A DNA stretch of 63,826 bases, filler included, from Dugesia japonica (lineage: Eukaryota), in NCBI GenBank assembly GCA_001938525.1. It is 6 parts of 6 records of this genome, joined end to end, with 100 filler letters (N's around TTAATTAATTAA, not from the genome) between each part and the next. Parts side by side here need not be neighbours in the genome. Positions count along the whole stretch, not along the records: positions 1 to 9,245 come from MQRL01572701.1; positions 9,346 to 22,740 come from MQRL01583845.1; 4 more parts are not named here. The stretch is one strand, 5' to 3'. The notes beneath the pieces were generated by a model, which saw only the letters and a program-made list of their open reading frames with translations, made no database searches and was not told the DNA's origin. Of the stretch, positions 1 through 11,170 are shown in pieces. Made by a program: the position numbers and the translations under genes. Every line of letters starts with the position of its first letter. The first letter of the stretch is position 1.

Positions 1-364
1 TATCATGTAATTTAATATGTAATTTAACTTTTTTGGAGTTTTTTCCACCGTATTATATTGTTTTATATTGTATTGCATTGTATTTTATTAAACTGTACCA
101 TGAAATGATTGTTTTTACTGTATTGTGCTGTATTGCCTTGTTTCCTATTCCGCTTTCTATTATATTTTGTATTGTAAAATAGAAAGAATTTAGTCAAAAA
201 ATTCTTAATAAAGAATTTAAAATCACTATTTTTATACATTTATGCGATGTTTTAGTTTTTTTTTTTGATTTTCACATTAAAAAACGTGTTTTTGAAATGT
301 ACGAGTTGACATGGTAATTAATTAAGCATTAATTATAATAGTAATTAATTATCATTAAAAAAAA

Positions 365-371
365 TTAATAA

Positions 372-433
<62 letters not shown>

Positions 434-483
434 NNNNNNNNNNNNNNNNNNNNNNNNNNNNNNNNNNNNNNNNNNNNNNNNNN

Positions 484-545
<62 letters not shown>
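365..545. repeat. (AAT)n microsatellite spanning a gap
   Basis: Pure AAT run on both sides of an N gap; source of the poly-L/I/Y ORFs. Similar runs at ~720-760, 20599-20705, 40060-40235 and 54155-54221. Confidence 0.95.
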
Positions 546-547
<2 letters not shown>

Positions 548-577
548 TACAATTATTAGTAAACATAAACAAATTAC

Positions 578-700
578 TTTATGCAAATAAATTCTTTTAG
601 AACCTTCTTCTGTAGGAATATTTGAAGGTAATTTTTTAATATTTTCTTCACAAATTTCAACTTCCTTCTTTATTTCATTTATTAGTTTTGGAAGAGTTTT
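578..700 (-). CDS. Mx: Mx-like dynamin-family GTPase, 123-nt exon (start of stalk/middle domain)
   Basis: aag|AAA ACT CTT...CAT AAA|gtaatt, phase 0-0. KTLPKLINEIKKEVEICEENIKKLPSNIPTEEGSKRIYLHK aligns ungapped (41 aa) to MxA [41 protein letters not shown] as recalled. Confidence 0.85.
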
Positions 701-898
701 CTTTGTGTATAATAATATAAGTAATAACAATAATAACAATAATTATAATAATAATAATAANNNNNNNNNNNNNNNNNNNNNNNNNNNNNNNNNNNNNNNN
801 NNNNNNNNNNNNNNNNNNNNNNNNNNNNNNNNNNNNNNNNNNNNNNNNNNNNNNNNNNNNNNNNNNNNNNNNNNNNNNNNNNNNNNNNNNNNNNNNNN

Positions 899-3510
899 TC
901 AATGGGTAATTCATTTTCAAAATCACAACTAATATTTTCAGACACAATTTATTTCAGTTTACACAGCTATCATAATAATATAATTATATGAAAATAGAAC
1001 CATAAAAATATTTATTTATAAGTTAATCGGTTTCTATTGGCTGAGTTTATTATTAATTTATAATTAGTTATTTATACCCTTCTTCTTAAGAAACTTTTTA
1101 AGTTTTCCCACATTTTTTTCTAATAGCTGTCCATTTTCTCTTTGTACCGTATACCATCTTTCGTGAATTATTCGATAAGGACCTTCAAATCAGTTTAACC
1201 TGTATTACTTGATTCTACCTTTATGAGGACATAATCTCCTACTTTGAATTATCTATTAGTAGTAACTTCTTGTCTTGATTACATATCTGCAATACTATGT
1301 TGAATTCCTTTTCAATATTCCAATACTATGTCTAGACTATTCAGATAATTAATCCAGGTCTTAAATTGTGATGTAATTGGTTTCTTCTTCGTCATCCTGG
1401 AAATTAGAGCTTTATGACATGTTCTAAGAGTAAATCTTCTACCGTACAGGTAATGTTTGAAATAATAAACAGCCAATAACTCTTTCCATGTGATGCAATA
1501 TATTTACCCGTCACTATGACCCGTCATTGAGTTTGATTCATAGTCAACAACTCTTTCTCTACCTTCTTTATCTCTCTGTTGCATCGAAACTGGCATNNNN
1601 NNNNNNNNNNNNNNNNNNNNNTATGTCTGAATAACACAATATTTGCGCATTCATTAGAGCTTTCTTGAAACCCTCAAATTATCGTTTATTTCATCTTTCC
1701 ATTCTAATTTCTTGTTGCTTGGTCCGCTACAAAACTGTTCACAGATTCTTAGTTCTCTTGCATAATTTTCTATAAACTTCCCGTAGTAATTACAAATTCC
1801 TAAACAACTTCGCAACTTCTTCACACAGTTGGGCCTGCCAAATGTTTTAATTGCTTCTATTTTAGATGTATCTGTTCTAAAACCATCTCTCCAGAATATG
1901 TGCCCAAGAAATTTGTATTTGCTTTGTAGAAACTGATAATTTTCTGGATTAATTCTTTAACCAGCTTTAAATAGTTCCGTCAGTACTCAATTATTTCATA
2001 TTGTTGATCTTTATTGTTCAATTCTAAATGCAGATATCGTAATTTATTAAAACAAGTCAAACTCATAACGTTAATTCAAGCTCATGTTTCTAAAAGACAT
2101 TAAACTTTATTTCCATAAATTGATACCGTAACACTTAGTCTACCTTGTAATCTTTGGTACAAAATATTTGTTTTTTTCTGCTTCAACTGTTCCAATCCAT
2201 TCTTATTTTCTATAATTCGCAAAATTTTCCCTCTTTAAGAACCTGTATATTTTTCCGTAATTTTCCCGATATTATCCAACATTTCAACCCTTTGAAATAA
2301 TCACTCACTTCATTTAACAAGGGATGGCTTCAACCAACGTCTCTACTGTTGGAGCTCTGCCTTTTGGGTACTTTTTTTCAGAATCACTTTCATATACTTC
2401 CTAATATCCATCCTTTGTACTGACTTATTCATCTTCAATCGCATGAATTCGATTACATCGGTTTCGTGGGCCTCCATTATTTATAAATCTTTCGGTTGTT
2501 CCTTTCATTTTCAAATTTGTGTAATACTCTTCTGTTCTATATTCACATCTTTTACACCTTACTTCTTGACATAACCTTATAATGTGGACCACTTTTCCAC
2601 AACCAAAACATTTTGTTGGTTTTTATCTGGTCAAACTCGACTTATATGTTCTTTTTTATGACAAGTCCAACATTCTACTACTTTCTTTGTTGGACAATTT
2701 ACTTTAGTATGACCAAACCTATGGCATANNNNNNNNNNNNNNNNNNNNNNNNNNNNNNNNNNNNNNNCATGTCTACTCACTGCATAATTTATAGGTTTCT
2801 GATAATTTCGACTTGTCACTCTCGCATAACGTCTAACTGAATCAACTTGATCTCTGTTTTCTCGACTTGATTTACTAACACCATTGTTTCTTCAATTTCT
2901 TTTATATTCTGTCGTTTTCGCAAAGTCACTTCTTCTTCAATCTTTTTGTTATCTGAACAATAAACTAGCATATTTGCTATCATGTTTTCTCAGTAAATCT
3001 TTTCACTATATCTTATACATCATTAAAATAAACTTGAATCTCTTTCTTTCCACGTCTGTGATTAATCAAATTTTGAAATATTTTGATAACATCTTTTCTT
3101 TCTCAAATGCCAAACGCAAACGAGACTGAAAACCTTCAACGTTTTTCAACATCTTTGCATATTCTTCCAAAAAATCATTATCTAACAAACAAGAGACTAA
3201 TCTTTCCTGTAGTTTCATATGGATAATGTTCTTAGCCTCAAGATACAATCCACCTCGCTTGATGAATTTCTCAATTTTATCTCCTATGCAGAACACAATT
3301 TGCAATAACCTATCTGTAATAGAATCGGTATTTACCGCTGCCACCGTATTAGGTACTTCTTCAATTGCTAATTCATTTTTAAAATCGCAACTAATATTTT
3401 TAGACACAATTTATTTCAATTTGCACAGCTATTTTAATTATATGAGAATAGAACCATAAAAATATTTATCTACAATTTAATCAATTTCTATTGGCTGAAT
3501 TAATTATTAA
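899..3510 (-). mobile_element. Internally deleted Ty3/gypsy LTR retrotransposon in an Mx intron
   Basis: Similar LTR copies at ~899-1075 and ~3347-3510. Gag zinc knuckles (CHRFGHTKVNC, CWTCHKKEHI). RT/RNase H relics at ~1300-2000 (FLGHIF, CNYYGKFI, ITWKELLAV). Many stops. Confidence 0.85.
3334..3345 (-). promoter_or_regulatory. Primer-binding site complementary to the tRNA-Leu 3' end
   Basis: GGTGGCAGCGGT on the - strand directly after the 5' LTR; matches the reverse complement of ...ACCGCUGCCACCA. Confidence 0.65.
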
Positions 3511-4249
3511 NNNNNNNNNNNNNNNNNNNNNNNNNNNNNNNNNNNNNNNNNNNNNNNNNNNNNNNNNNNNNNNNNNNNNNNNNNNNNNNNNNNNNNNNNN
3601 NNNNNNNNNNNNNNNNNNNNNNNNNNNNNNNNNNNNNNNNNNNNNNNNNNNNNNNNNNNNNNNNNNNNNNNNNNNNNNNNNNNNNNNNNNNNNNNNNNNN
3701 NNNNNNNNTGTTAGATGAGTTTTGAGAACTCATCGGATTATCAACATCAAAATTCAACTCCATAAAATTTATTTCAAAAAAAACTAAAACATCATTATTT
3801 GTTTATTTAAACTAATTAAAATCCATGCTTCTATTGGAAATTATTTTCTAATAAATTAAAAATTTTAAATTAATACCTTATTTAAAATACTTCAAAAATT
3901 TAAGAAAATAATAACCTGTTATTGATATTTCATTTAAAACTTTAACAAAATTTTTAAACAAAACGACACTAGCTACTAAAATATTTAATTTTTAATTTTA
4001 CAAATTTTGAAACAAACCATCATTCACTATATAAATATTTACTTTTTAATTTTACAAATATTGAAAATAAAAATATTTGTGTATAAAAAATATTTGAATT
4101 AATCTTTAACTACACATAATTTTNGTACCAAAATTTTAATATAATTTATTTTAATTTCTTGATTAATATGTGACTTCCAATTTTTAAATAAGAGATTGAA
4201 AATAATAATTTCCAATCAAAGCACAAAATTTTAACTAGTTTCAAAACAC

Positions 4250-5090
4250 ACTAACATCCCCACTTTTAAGATATTTTTTAATCTTCTCTACGTTTCTTTC
4301 AAGATTTGTTTCGTTTGTATCTTCCAGGATGTAACGTCTGTCATAAGCCTTCCTCTTGATCTTATTGGGTCCTTCATAACGATCCTTGTTCTTGTTTCTT
4401 GTTGCAGCTTTCACTAAGATCTCATCAACGACCTCAAATTGTTTTTATTGAGATTGTCTTTGAGAAAGTACTGTCCCAATCGTATCGAAACTCGCATCCG
4501 TGTCGAAAAAAGATTCTATTTATATCTGGAAAACATAATATTAAAGACATCATTAGTGCTTCTTTCATTCCATTAAAAACTTCTAATTCATTTGCCCATT
4601 CAATTTTCTTGTTACTCGGCCCATTACACAGTATTTCCAGAAGTCTAGCCTTTTCCAAATAATCTTTAATAAACTTGCGATAGTAATTGCAAATTCCCAA
4701 AAAGCTTCTCATCTTCTTAACGCATATTGGTTTACCAAAGTTCTTAATTGCTTTTATTTTAGTTGCATTTTTGGTTGAATGTGAGCAAAGCCAAAGAAAA
4801 TAATAATACTAAAAATAATATCCACTACTATTAACAATATAAGTCGTACCAACTTTCCATTTGTCCAAAGCATACCTCATTCTTTATTGAGGTAATTTCT
4901 TTACTGAGGTAATTGATGATCCAAAACCTTTTCAATTTCTAAGCTTTCTAAACCTCAAGGCTTTTATTTGCCTTACCAATTCATTATTTTTCTTTCTTGA
5001 ATCGCTTTTTGGTCTACTACTGCCTTATCATTATATTCTTTATAAAATGTTTGAATGCGATTTACATTTATCTGATTATCTTGCCACGCT
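4250..5090 (-). mobile_element. Ty3/gypsy pol fragment with polypurine tract
   Basis: MRSFLGICNYYRKFIKDY (RT thumb); AAAAGTGGGGA-TGTTAG (PPT then LTR start) at ~4250-4267. Confidence 0.8.
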
Positions 5091-5300
5091 TCTGCTATAA
5101 GTTCAAGAAATTTAAAAAGTTTAAATCGATTTCAATTCTATTCAAATTTAAAGTGTAATCATTACACATTAAAAGAAGATAAAATAATAACTCTTTTANN
5201 NNNNNNNNNNNNNNNNNNNNNNNNNNNNNNNNNNNNNNNNNNNNNNNNNNNNNNNNNNNNNNNNNNNNNNNNNNNNNNNNNNNNNNNNNNNNNNNNNTAC

Positions 5301-5376
5301 TTTTATGATGTATTTCAATTCTCCAGTGATTTTCCTGGCCAAATTTGGAATTCCAAAATTTGTTGGACACATATGA
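5301..5376 (-). CDS. Mx: Mx-like GTPase, 76-nt exon (end of G domain/central BSE)
   Basis: atttcag|T CAT ATG...ATA AAA|gta, phase 2-0. HMCPTNFGIPNLARKITGELKYIIK resembles MxA [21 protein letters not shown]. Splices in frame to both neighbouring exons. Confidence 0.85.
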
Positions 5377-5542
5377 CTGAAATTAAGGTATTTTAAAATT
5401 ATTTAAATTTTAGTTTTATAAACACGTTTTATAAATAACATGGTTAAATACAAATTCGAGTCGTTTGCTTATAATGAAAATAGTTTATTTTATCTGATAA
5501 TAAAATAAAATATTTTCAGTGGATGAATTGAAATATCTAGAT

Positions 5543-8500
5543 AAGGGGTGCACAACCAGCGGCCCTTGCTATGACCGACGTGTAAAATTTCGATGTTGTG
5601 CTGAAACATATAGTAATAAAATATAATAAACAAATTTCATGTGATATGTGTTTTAATAATATTATTTAATTTGTGTAGATTTTAAAATAAATTTTAGTAA
5701 ACCCAAGTTTATTTATTCAATAACAATAACATAACGTCATGATCATTGCTTGAGGAACTTGTCGACTGGTTAAATGAAAAAAGATGTTTTCGATGAAATT
5801 TAAAATTGTAGAAAATATTTCTAATCATATTACCGAAGTCGAAAAAGTTGCTGAAGAACAAAAAATCGGGGATCAAACACAACGCTCAGAAACGTTATTG
5901 GAAAGTTTAGAAGAAAAAACATTTTTTGAACTGAAATTTATTTCAGAGTTTAAATCTAATTAATCAACTTATGAATGGCTGAAGACAAAGTTATTTGAAT
6001 TATATCAAATCAAATCAACCAAGGTAACTCCAATAATTAATATTTTATCCTTGAATCAGGAAGATATGACTCTTAGACAGTATCTACCTGCCATCAGATT
6101 GGCTGGAATTCGAGAAATTGCAGATTATGATGAATTTGATAGAGAAAAAACTATCATCAATATTTTTGAAAGGGATTAATAATCGTTTGGCAGCGAGAGC
6201 CATGAAAATTATGAAACCAAACACTCTGGAAGAAGCTTTTAATTTCTATGAAAAAGGAACATTAAACTTGACATAATGATAAATTGCAAATTATTAACAA
6301 TCATGTTAACAGAGAAAAATGGCAAGAAATAGAAATCTTAAAACGGAAAATAATCGAGCTCAAAAATCGTATAAAGTATTTGGAAAGAAACCATGAAAGT
6401 GTTTCTCCAAACTATGTAGTTCAAAAGATCACACAAGAAATAAAATGTTATAATTGCTATGAGAAATGTCATATTGCTCGAAATTGTAACAAACCATTGC
6501 TATGCAAGAACTGTAACAACTCCAAACATATATCTCGATTTAGTCAAGCAACAAAAAGATTTAATATTCAGAGAGAAGCTTTTCGAAGACTAGAAGAAAC
6601 GAATGACAATTCGAATACAGTATATTATGAGGCCAGTTGTGATTATGAAAAGGAATCTGAAGATAATAATAAATTTTTCAAAATTATTTTAAAAGAAAGG
6701 AAAATTGAAAGACAAAAGAAAACAAAAAGAAATATCAATTATACAGACGATATTATTAAGTTGGATGAGTATATTTGAGGTTCAAGACACAAATTTCCAA
6801 TTCACAAAGGACAAAGAACAATGATATCAGATATAAAAAGTGAACCCGCAGCAAACAAACCAATAATCAAAGGCAATGTAAAACAAGAAAAAGATAAAAT
6901 TTTTTATAGATTCTGGAGAAGAGTCCAGCATCCTGGATTTCAAACTATTTTAAATGATCCGAGAAAAAGAAAACGTCAAGCTGTTTCGATAAAACAAGAC
7001 ATTAACATGTGCAAATAGCTCACCGATTAAGGTAATTTGATGTTCTTTTATAAATGTAACTTTAGGAAATAAAAATAATAGAATTAGGATGACTATTGTA
7101 GATATATTGTTCCCAAAAGTCATAATAGAAATAAGAGATATAAAAAAGATGAACATTTCGATTTTACCAAGACTAGACTGTGTAACTGTAGATGAAATAA
7201 AAGTACCTTTCATATCCAAAATAATAGAGTTAACGGAAAACTATAGAGAACTGTATCCGAGGGTCCAGATAATAGAGCGATAAGTGTGAATGGAGCTCAA
7301 ATGTGTACAGTAAGAGTTATATTAGACAATACAGTTACAAGTTTGAGAAAAGAAGAAGTAACTGTTTTAACCAGTGTAGATAGCGATATATTTTGTTTGA
7401 AAAATTTCATTTAGTCATTATAAAAGATAAGTTAGCAAATATATGGGTTCTAGCTACAAATAAAGTGTCTTATGTTAGAGAAACTGGTAAAATCTCATTA
7501 TGGATAATTAACTTAAAAAATAAACATATTACAATGTTTAAAAATACGTGATTAGGTTGTATTGAGATTGTAGATGATACATAAGATAATATTAGAAATA
7601 TTTATAGAATATATCAAGATATGGTAATGGCTCATATCCAATGTATAATGGACACAATTATGAACAGACATTCAGCTGATATCGATAAATATGAGAAAAA
7701 TACTGTAATAAATATAATAACATTATTTAAAGATATATTTAGTAAAGTTAATTATGGTATGAAACATTGTCCAACTTTAAAACACGAAAAAAATGTCATT
7801 GATCCTAAACCTATTGCTCAACAATTACGAAGAGCTCCCTTTCATCTAGAAAGTAAAATCGACGAGATGATCATAGAGCTTGAAAAAAACGGAATCATAC
7901 GCGAGAGTTCAAGTTTTTCTAGTTTTCACCTATTGTGGTTGTTCAAAAGAAATCTGGAGACATAAGGTTATGTATAAACTAGAAAATTACACTCAGTTAC
8001 TAACAGACCTAAACGTCTTATTCCAGATAACCAACAATTGTTTGATTCACTTGCGAGATCAAGATTCTTTATTGCACTTGATAAATCTAGTGGTTATTAC
8101 AATGTAGAAATCAGAGAAAAAGATAGAAGAAAAACAGCTTTTACTACTCGAAAAGGTCAGTATGAATTTATTCACGTGCCTTTTGGACTGTGTGGAGCCC
8201 TAGCAACTTTTTAAAGATTAATGCAATTAGTTCTCAGAGAAGAAAATTTTGATCAATGCTTAATATATCTCGAATATATTTTGATTTTCGGGAAAAGCCT
8301 AGACGAACAAAATGAAAGACTGAAAACGATGTTAAAGAAGATACGGCAGTCGGGAGTTAAATTATCTCCCAAGAAATGCGTTTTTTTGAAAAAATCAGTA
8401 AAATATTTGGGTCACATAATATCAAATGAAGGAATGACAATTGGTTTTTTTTAATTGGTAAAAAATACCCATAAAGAGTACAATGAAAAGAAAATCAATG

Positions 8501-8873
8501 ACATTTTAAAATATTTTCACGGTTGATTAAGTCATCCAAACGCTAAACAAACTTTGACTAATATCAAGAGATATCATGATTGGTTAAAAAAGCGGGGAAA
8601 TAAAATGGGTTACAATATCAAAACTCCTTTTCAGCGACAGAACCATTTGAAAAGGTATGCTACGATATAAAGCATAAATAAAAAAAGATCACTTATAATA
8701 AAATTTGATTACTTGTATTTAAATATTTATTAAATAGTATTATAATTAATTTTTATAATATATCGATAAGTTTAATGTTTACATTTGAAAATGATTGTTA
8801 TTGTCGTGTGGCCGTTATAAGAGAAAAACCTTTGTTGTACGGCCATCAATAGCCAAAAGGTGTCGCAGCTCTG
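5543..8873. mobile_element. hAT (Buster/Charlie-like) non-autonomous element carrying a nested gypsy insertion
   Basis: Degenerate TIRs aaggggtgcacaacc / ggtgtcgcagctctg; 8-bp TSD-like atctagat (5535-5542) / atctagaa (8874-8881). Confidence 0.55.
5740..8700 (+). mobile_element. Degenerate Ty3/gypsy gag-pol
   Basis: Gag zinc knuckles (CYNCYEKCHIARNC, CKNCNNSKHI). RT motifs (PIAQQLRRAPFHLESKIDEMI, LDKSSGYYNV, KTAF, CLIYLEYILIF, YLGHIIS). Frameshifts and stops. Confidence 0.9.
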
Positions 8874-9021
8874 ATCTAGAATAATTCAGATGATATTTTG
8901 ATTCTTAAGAAATATCAAATGGTTGTAATAAAATTAACTGATAGTAAAACAATCATAAATATTTAAAATAATTTGATCAATGTTAAATAAATATTTACTT
9001 TCCAAATAATAAATATTTTAC

Positions 9022-9245
9022 CAGAAATAATCATCATTTTCGAAAAACTTTCTTTCAGTTTCTAAGGATTTCANNNNNNNNNNNNNNNNNNNNNNNNNNN
9101 NNNNNNNNNNNNNNNNNNNNNNNNNNNNNNNNNNNNNCAGTTCGAATTTCTCATTTTTCAGTAACTTAATAATGTCTTCCTTTTGATGTTTATCGGCTTT
9201 ATCAGGTTTCGTTAAAACACCAATTGTTCGTTCTTTATTTGGATC
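9022..9245 (-). CDS. Mx: Mx-like GTPase, G4-motif exon (5'-truncated by scaffold end, internal gap)
   Basis: DPNKERTIGVLTKPDKADKHQKEDIIKLLKNEKFEL-[22 codons, mostly N]-KSLETERKFFENDDYF, then TG|gtaaaa (phase 2). TKPD is the Mx-type G4 motif. The frame is preserved across the gap. Confidence 0.9.
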
Positions 9246-9345
9246 NNNNNNNNNNNNNNNNNNNNNNNNNNNNNNNNNNNNNNNNNNNNTTAATTAATTA
9301 ANNNNNNNNNNNNNNNNNNNNNNNNNNNNNNNNNNNNNNNNNNNN
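9246..9345. other. Artificial scaffold linker N44-TTAATTAATTAA-N44
   Basis: Six-frame-stop linker; identical copies at 22741, 33777, 44451 and 54222. Confidence 0.95.
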
Positions 9346-9729
9346 ATTTGTATAAACGATAAAACTATATATTGTATTAATAGCGATAGACAAAAATTCT
9401 ACTTTAATTTCGGTTGGCCTAATTTCAGTGGCTTTAGACATTTCGGTTTCGGTTTTGGTAAACTTAATTTAAAGAAACCGAAATTTACATTTGTAAATCA
9501 CTGAAAATTCTGTTTGATATAAATCTTTTTTTACAATGAAACTGCTTAAAACCAAATTCCAGATACTAAACAATTAAAGATAATCCAAAACCATATTGGT
9601 TTTATCAGTAATCTAAATAAATTAAAATCGATATATTTTTTTGATAGTGGCGCTCTGATATATAAAGCAAGTACTACTTAGGACTTTTTTTAAAATTTAT
9701 GAAGACAATAATTCTTTGACAGTCTACAT

Positions 9730-10043
9730 CAGGGATGTCAAACTCACGGTCCGTGAGCCGCATGTGGCTCGGCTAATATATCGCCACACAATAAAAAATA
9801 ATAAAATAACAAACCGACGCAAAATAAAAAGGTTAAAATATAATACAAAATCTTTCCCTAAATAGGAAGTAACAGAGAAGAGATATCAAATGTCAGGACG
9901 TAAACATTAATTTTTTCTTGTTCTTTTATATATGTTTAAAATAATGTACTATTCGAAGTAAACCTGAGTTTCTATGAATATTGACTTTTTGCAGCCCACC
10001 TAATTTGTTTGACCTAAGTTANCCTTTGAGTTTGACANCCCTG
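9730..10043. mobile_element. hAT-type MITE
   Basis: TIRs cagggatgtcaaactc / gagtttgacanccctg; 8-bp TSD gtctacat / gtttacat. Confidence 0.85.
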
Positions 10044-10249
10044 GTTTACATTATCTCAAGGTTTTGGCGGTTTAATTGGCCATCTTGCAAACTAATCATT
10101 TTAAAACATATATTGACATCAAATTAAAACAAATAAAATAAAATAAATAATAGAAGACGACAAATCTTCTGATAGGTAACCTGGCAAAACATCCATTGAA
10201 CAAAATTTTATATAATTCATTGAAATACAAAGAACAACGATAATTCATG

Positions 10250-11170
10250 TTTCTTGGATTTATATTCATCAAGCTATTCAAAGAATGATAAGCATTGATA
10301 TACAGTCAATTTGAATGGTGGAACATCCTATATTAATTCACTTAGTTTGCTTTAAGCTAAGATTTGAAATTCCTAGTAGAAAATATTTTACAGAAACAAT
10401 TTGCGAGGACTTCCGAAAAATTTGGAAAAATATTTTGACTTCTCTGAAATGAATAAATATTCAAAATAGCATTTAGTTGAGTTTATTTACAAAAAAGAAT
10501 TAGAAAATCAACATGTCGGATGAAAATTTGTATTGAATAAATGTATTGTATAAAAAATGTGTTACTTATTTAATTTGTATTTTTACTGTGTAAATTTTGT
10601 TATAAGTAATTTTAGTTTTAATGTTATTTAATTTTATTTAAATTTCTACAGTAGATTTAAGTTTTATTGTAAAGTTTTTGTACATTGAATTTTTAATTAA
10701 TTCTATTTTGAATTTTTAAAAATTTCAATTCTATTTTGTTAATAAACGCAAAAAATGCTATTTTGTATAATGTCCCCATTTGAAATATAATAACGAGATA
10801 ATATAAATTTATGGGCCAATAAATTCTCAACTCATAGTTTTGTGTCTTTAACTTGTCATTGGATAAATAACGAATTTGAATTAGATGTTGCTTCGCTTTC
10901 TTGTTTGCCATTCAACGATAGGCATACAACTATCAATTTAAAAAATTCATTTTCTTTGTGATTTACAACAATGCAGCAAATATTAATAAAGCATTTCGTA
11001 ATATTGGCTGCTCTCATTGCTCTTGTACAGTAAATACTTTCGCGCTCGTGATTAACGATGTTGGATTTCCAATCTTGAATTTGAACTATTAGTTCATAAT
11101 TTCAGGTAATTAGTTGGCCAGTTCACAAAATAGAGCTCAGCAACAAGTCGGCTAAAATCTTTACAACCAT
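10250..11170 (+). pseudogene. hAT (Ac/ZBED-like) transposase relic
   Basis: RFEIPSRKYFTETI and NNAANINKAFRNIGCSHCSCTVNTFALVIND resemble the hAT IPSR and DNAAN...CxAH-L-L motifs. Confidence 0.65.

Noticed and set aside
345-947. Poly-Leu/Ile/Tyr/Asn ORFs (also poly-Met/Ser near 29031-29590, and 40051-40269, 54062-54277)
   Set aside because: Translations of microsatellites and N gaps; only 578-700 is a credible exon.
3066-3407. 113-aa ORF as a host gene
   Set aside because: It spans the gypsy LTR end, the PBS and the gag start.
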